The notes under the pieces are model-generated. The model was not told where the DNA came from. It searched no databases and was given only the letters and a program-made list of their open reading frames with translations. A stretch of DNA of 64,000 nucleotides from an uncultured bacterium (GTDB lineage Bacteria; UBP7; UBA6624). The stretch is from NCBI GenBank assembly GCA_964517115.1, contig CAZFBE010000002.1, forward strand, positions 6,862 to 70,861. Direction: 5' to 3'. Both the position numbers and the translations under genes were made by a program. Positions 63,616 through 64,000 of this stretch are shown piece by piece. The stretch's first letter is position 1. Each line of letters opens with the position of its first letter.

Positions 63616-64000
63616 AAAAAAATAAAACTTGGCTAATTTTAGATCCAACAGGCCCCTTGTCAGGGTTTGCTGTAGCTGAAGGAAAAACTATTGTTGGTTC
63701 AAAGGTTTTTAAATCAAATTTTTTATTTGAGAACTTATTGCGGATAAGGTCTTTTTTTCAAAAACTAAACAGGAGTATTGATGACCTGGAAGGAGTTATC
63801 CTTGTGAATGGACCAGGGTCCATAATGGGCCTAAGGATAGCATTTTCTTGGTTGAAAGGTTTTTTCCACAATAAAAAATTGAAGTTTAAAACCGTTTCTA
63901 GCCTGGATGCTCTTTGGTTTTGTGCTGGAAAAAAAGAGCCTTGCTGGACAATGATTAACTCAATTAGAGATGAAGTTTTTTTTTCATTTAACGGCTCTTC
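63612..64000 (+). CDS. tsaB: tRNA threonylcarbamoyladenosine biosynthesis protein TsaB (partial, runs past the window end)
   Basis: The ATG at 63612 overlaps the tsaE TGA (ATGA). WLILDPTGPLSGFAVAEG..VNGPGSIMGLRIAFS matches TsaB/YeaZ. Confidence 0.6.
   Translation, partial: MKKNKTWLILDPTGPLSGFAVAEGKTIVGSKVFKSNFLFENLLRIRSFFQKLNRSIDDLEGVILVNGPGSIMGLRIAFSWLKGFFHNKKLKFKTVSSLDALWFCAGKKEPCWTMINSIRDEVFFSFNGS

Noticed and set aside
1-64000. Alternative genetic code (UGA recoding), considered because of the compact AT-rich genome
   Set aside because: All conserved genes, including 4144-aa and 821-aa ORFs, are intact under the standard code. TGA terminates many genes in ATGA overlaps, for example the nuoH stop at 34710-34712.
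1-64000. CRISPR arrays, transposases, integrases, prophage
   Set aside because: No short regularly spaced direct repeats and no recombinase or transposase motifs were seen. The only large repeat is the 1393-bp tandem gene duplication.

Overview
This 64 kb window is an AT-rich, very compact segment of a bacterial chromosome that uses the standard genetic code. TGA acts as a stop in many ATGA start/stop overlaps, and the long ORFs, including one of 4144 aa, are intact. About 60 genes show almost no intergenic space, and no transposase, integrase or CRISPR array is visible. Content by strand: the minus strand of 1-15 kb carries rplU-rpmA-obg-nadD-LCP-rsfS, tRNA-Ala, uvrB, coaE, an S1-domain protein, polA and a Na+/alanine symporter. 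At 15-19 kb a biotin-dependent acyl-CoA carboxylase module (BCCP, biotin carboxylase, methylmalonyl-CoA epimerase, carboxyltransferase) sits next to tRNA-Leu. Next come slt, a polyprenyl synthase, dapF, rpsD and rpiB. At 24-28 kb lies a c-di-GMP operon (GGDEF plus a tandem HD-GYP protein) abutting tRNA-fMet, a second CAT-anticodon tRNA and tilS. Then ftsH and a contiguous nuoABCDHIJKLM cluster with no nuoEFG and no nuoN at the locus, then lspA, tatD, three unknown genes, an archaeal-type fructose-1,6-bisphosphate aldolase/phosphatase, and a 4144-aa surface lipoprotein with PKD-like, DPDGD and BNR/Asp-box repeats. The window ends with gpsA, plsY, an M24 peptidase, a tryptophanase-like lyase, thiL, tsaE and tsaB. 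Candidate undescribed system (4461..7335): two tandem lipoprotein genes whose central 1393 bp are 100% identical, each fusing a c-type haem domain (CxxCH, RMPPWG) to a PHM/DBH-like copper monooxygenase core with every CuH and CuM ligand conserved. Second strongest: an Obg homologue in the canonical rplU-rpmA-obg context has all GTPase motifs degenerated (a pseudo-GTPase). It apparently starts with CUG, as does the lytic transglycosylase gene at 19113.
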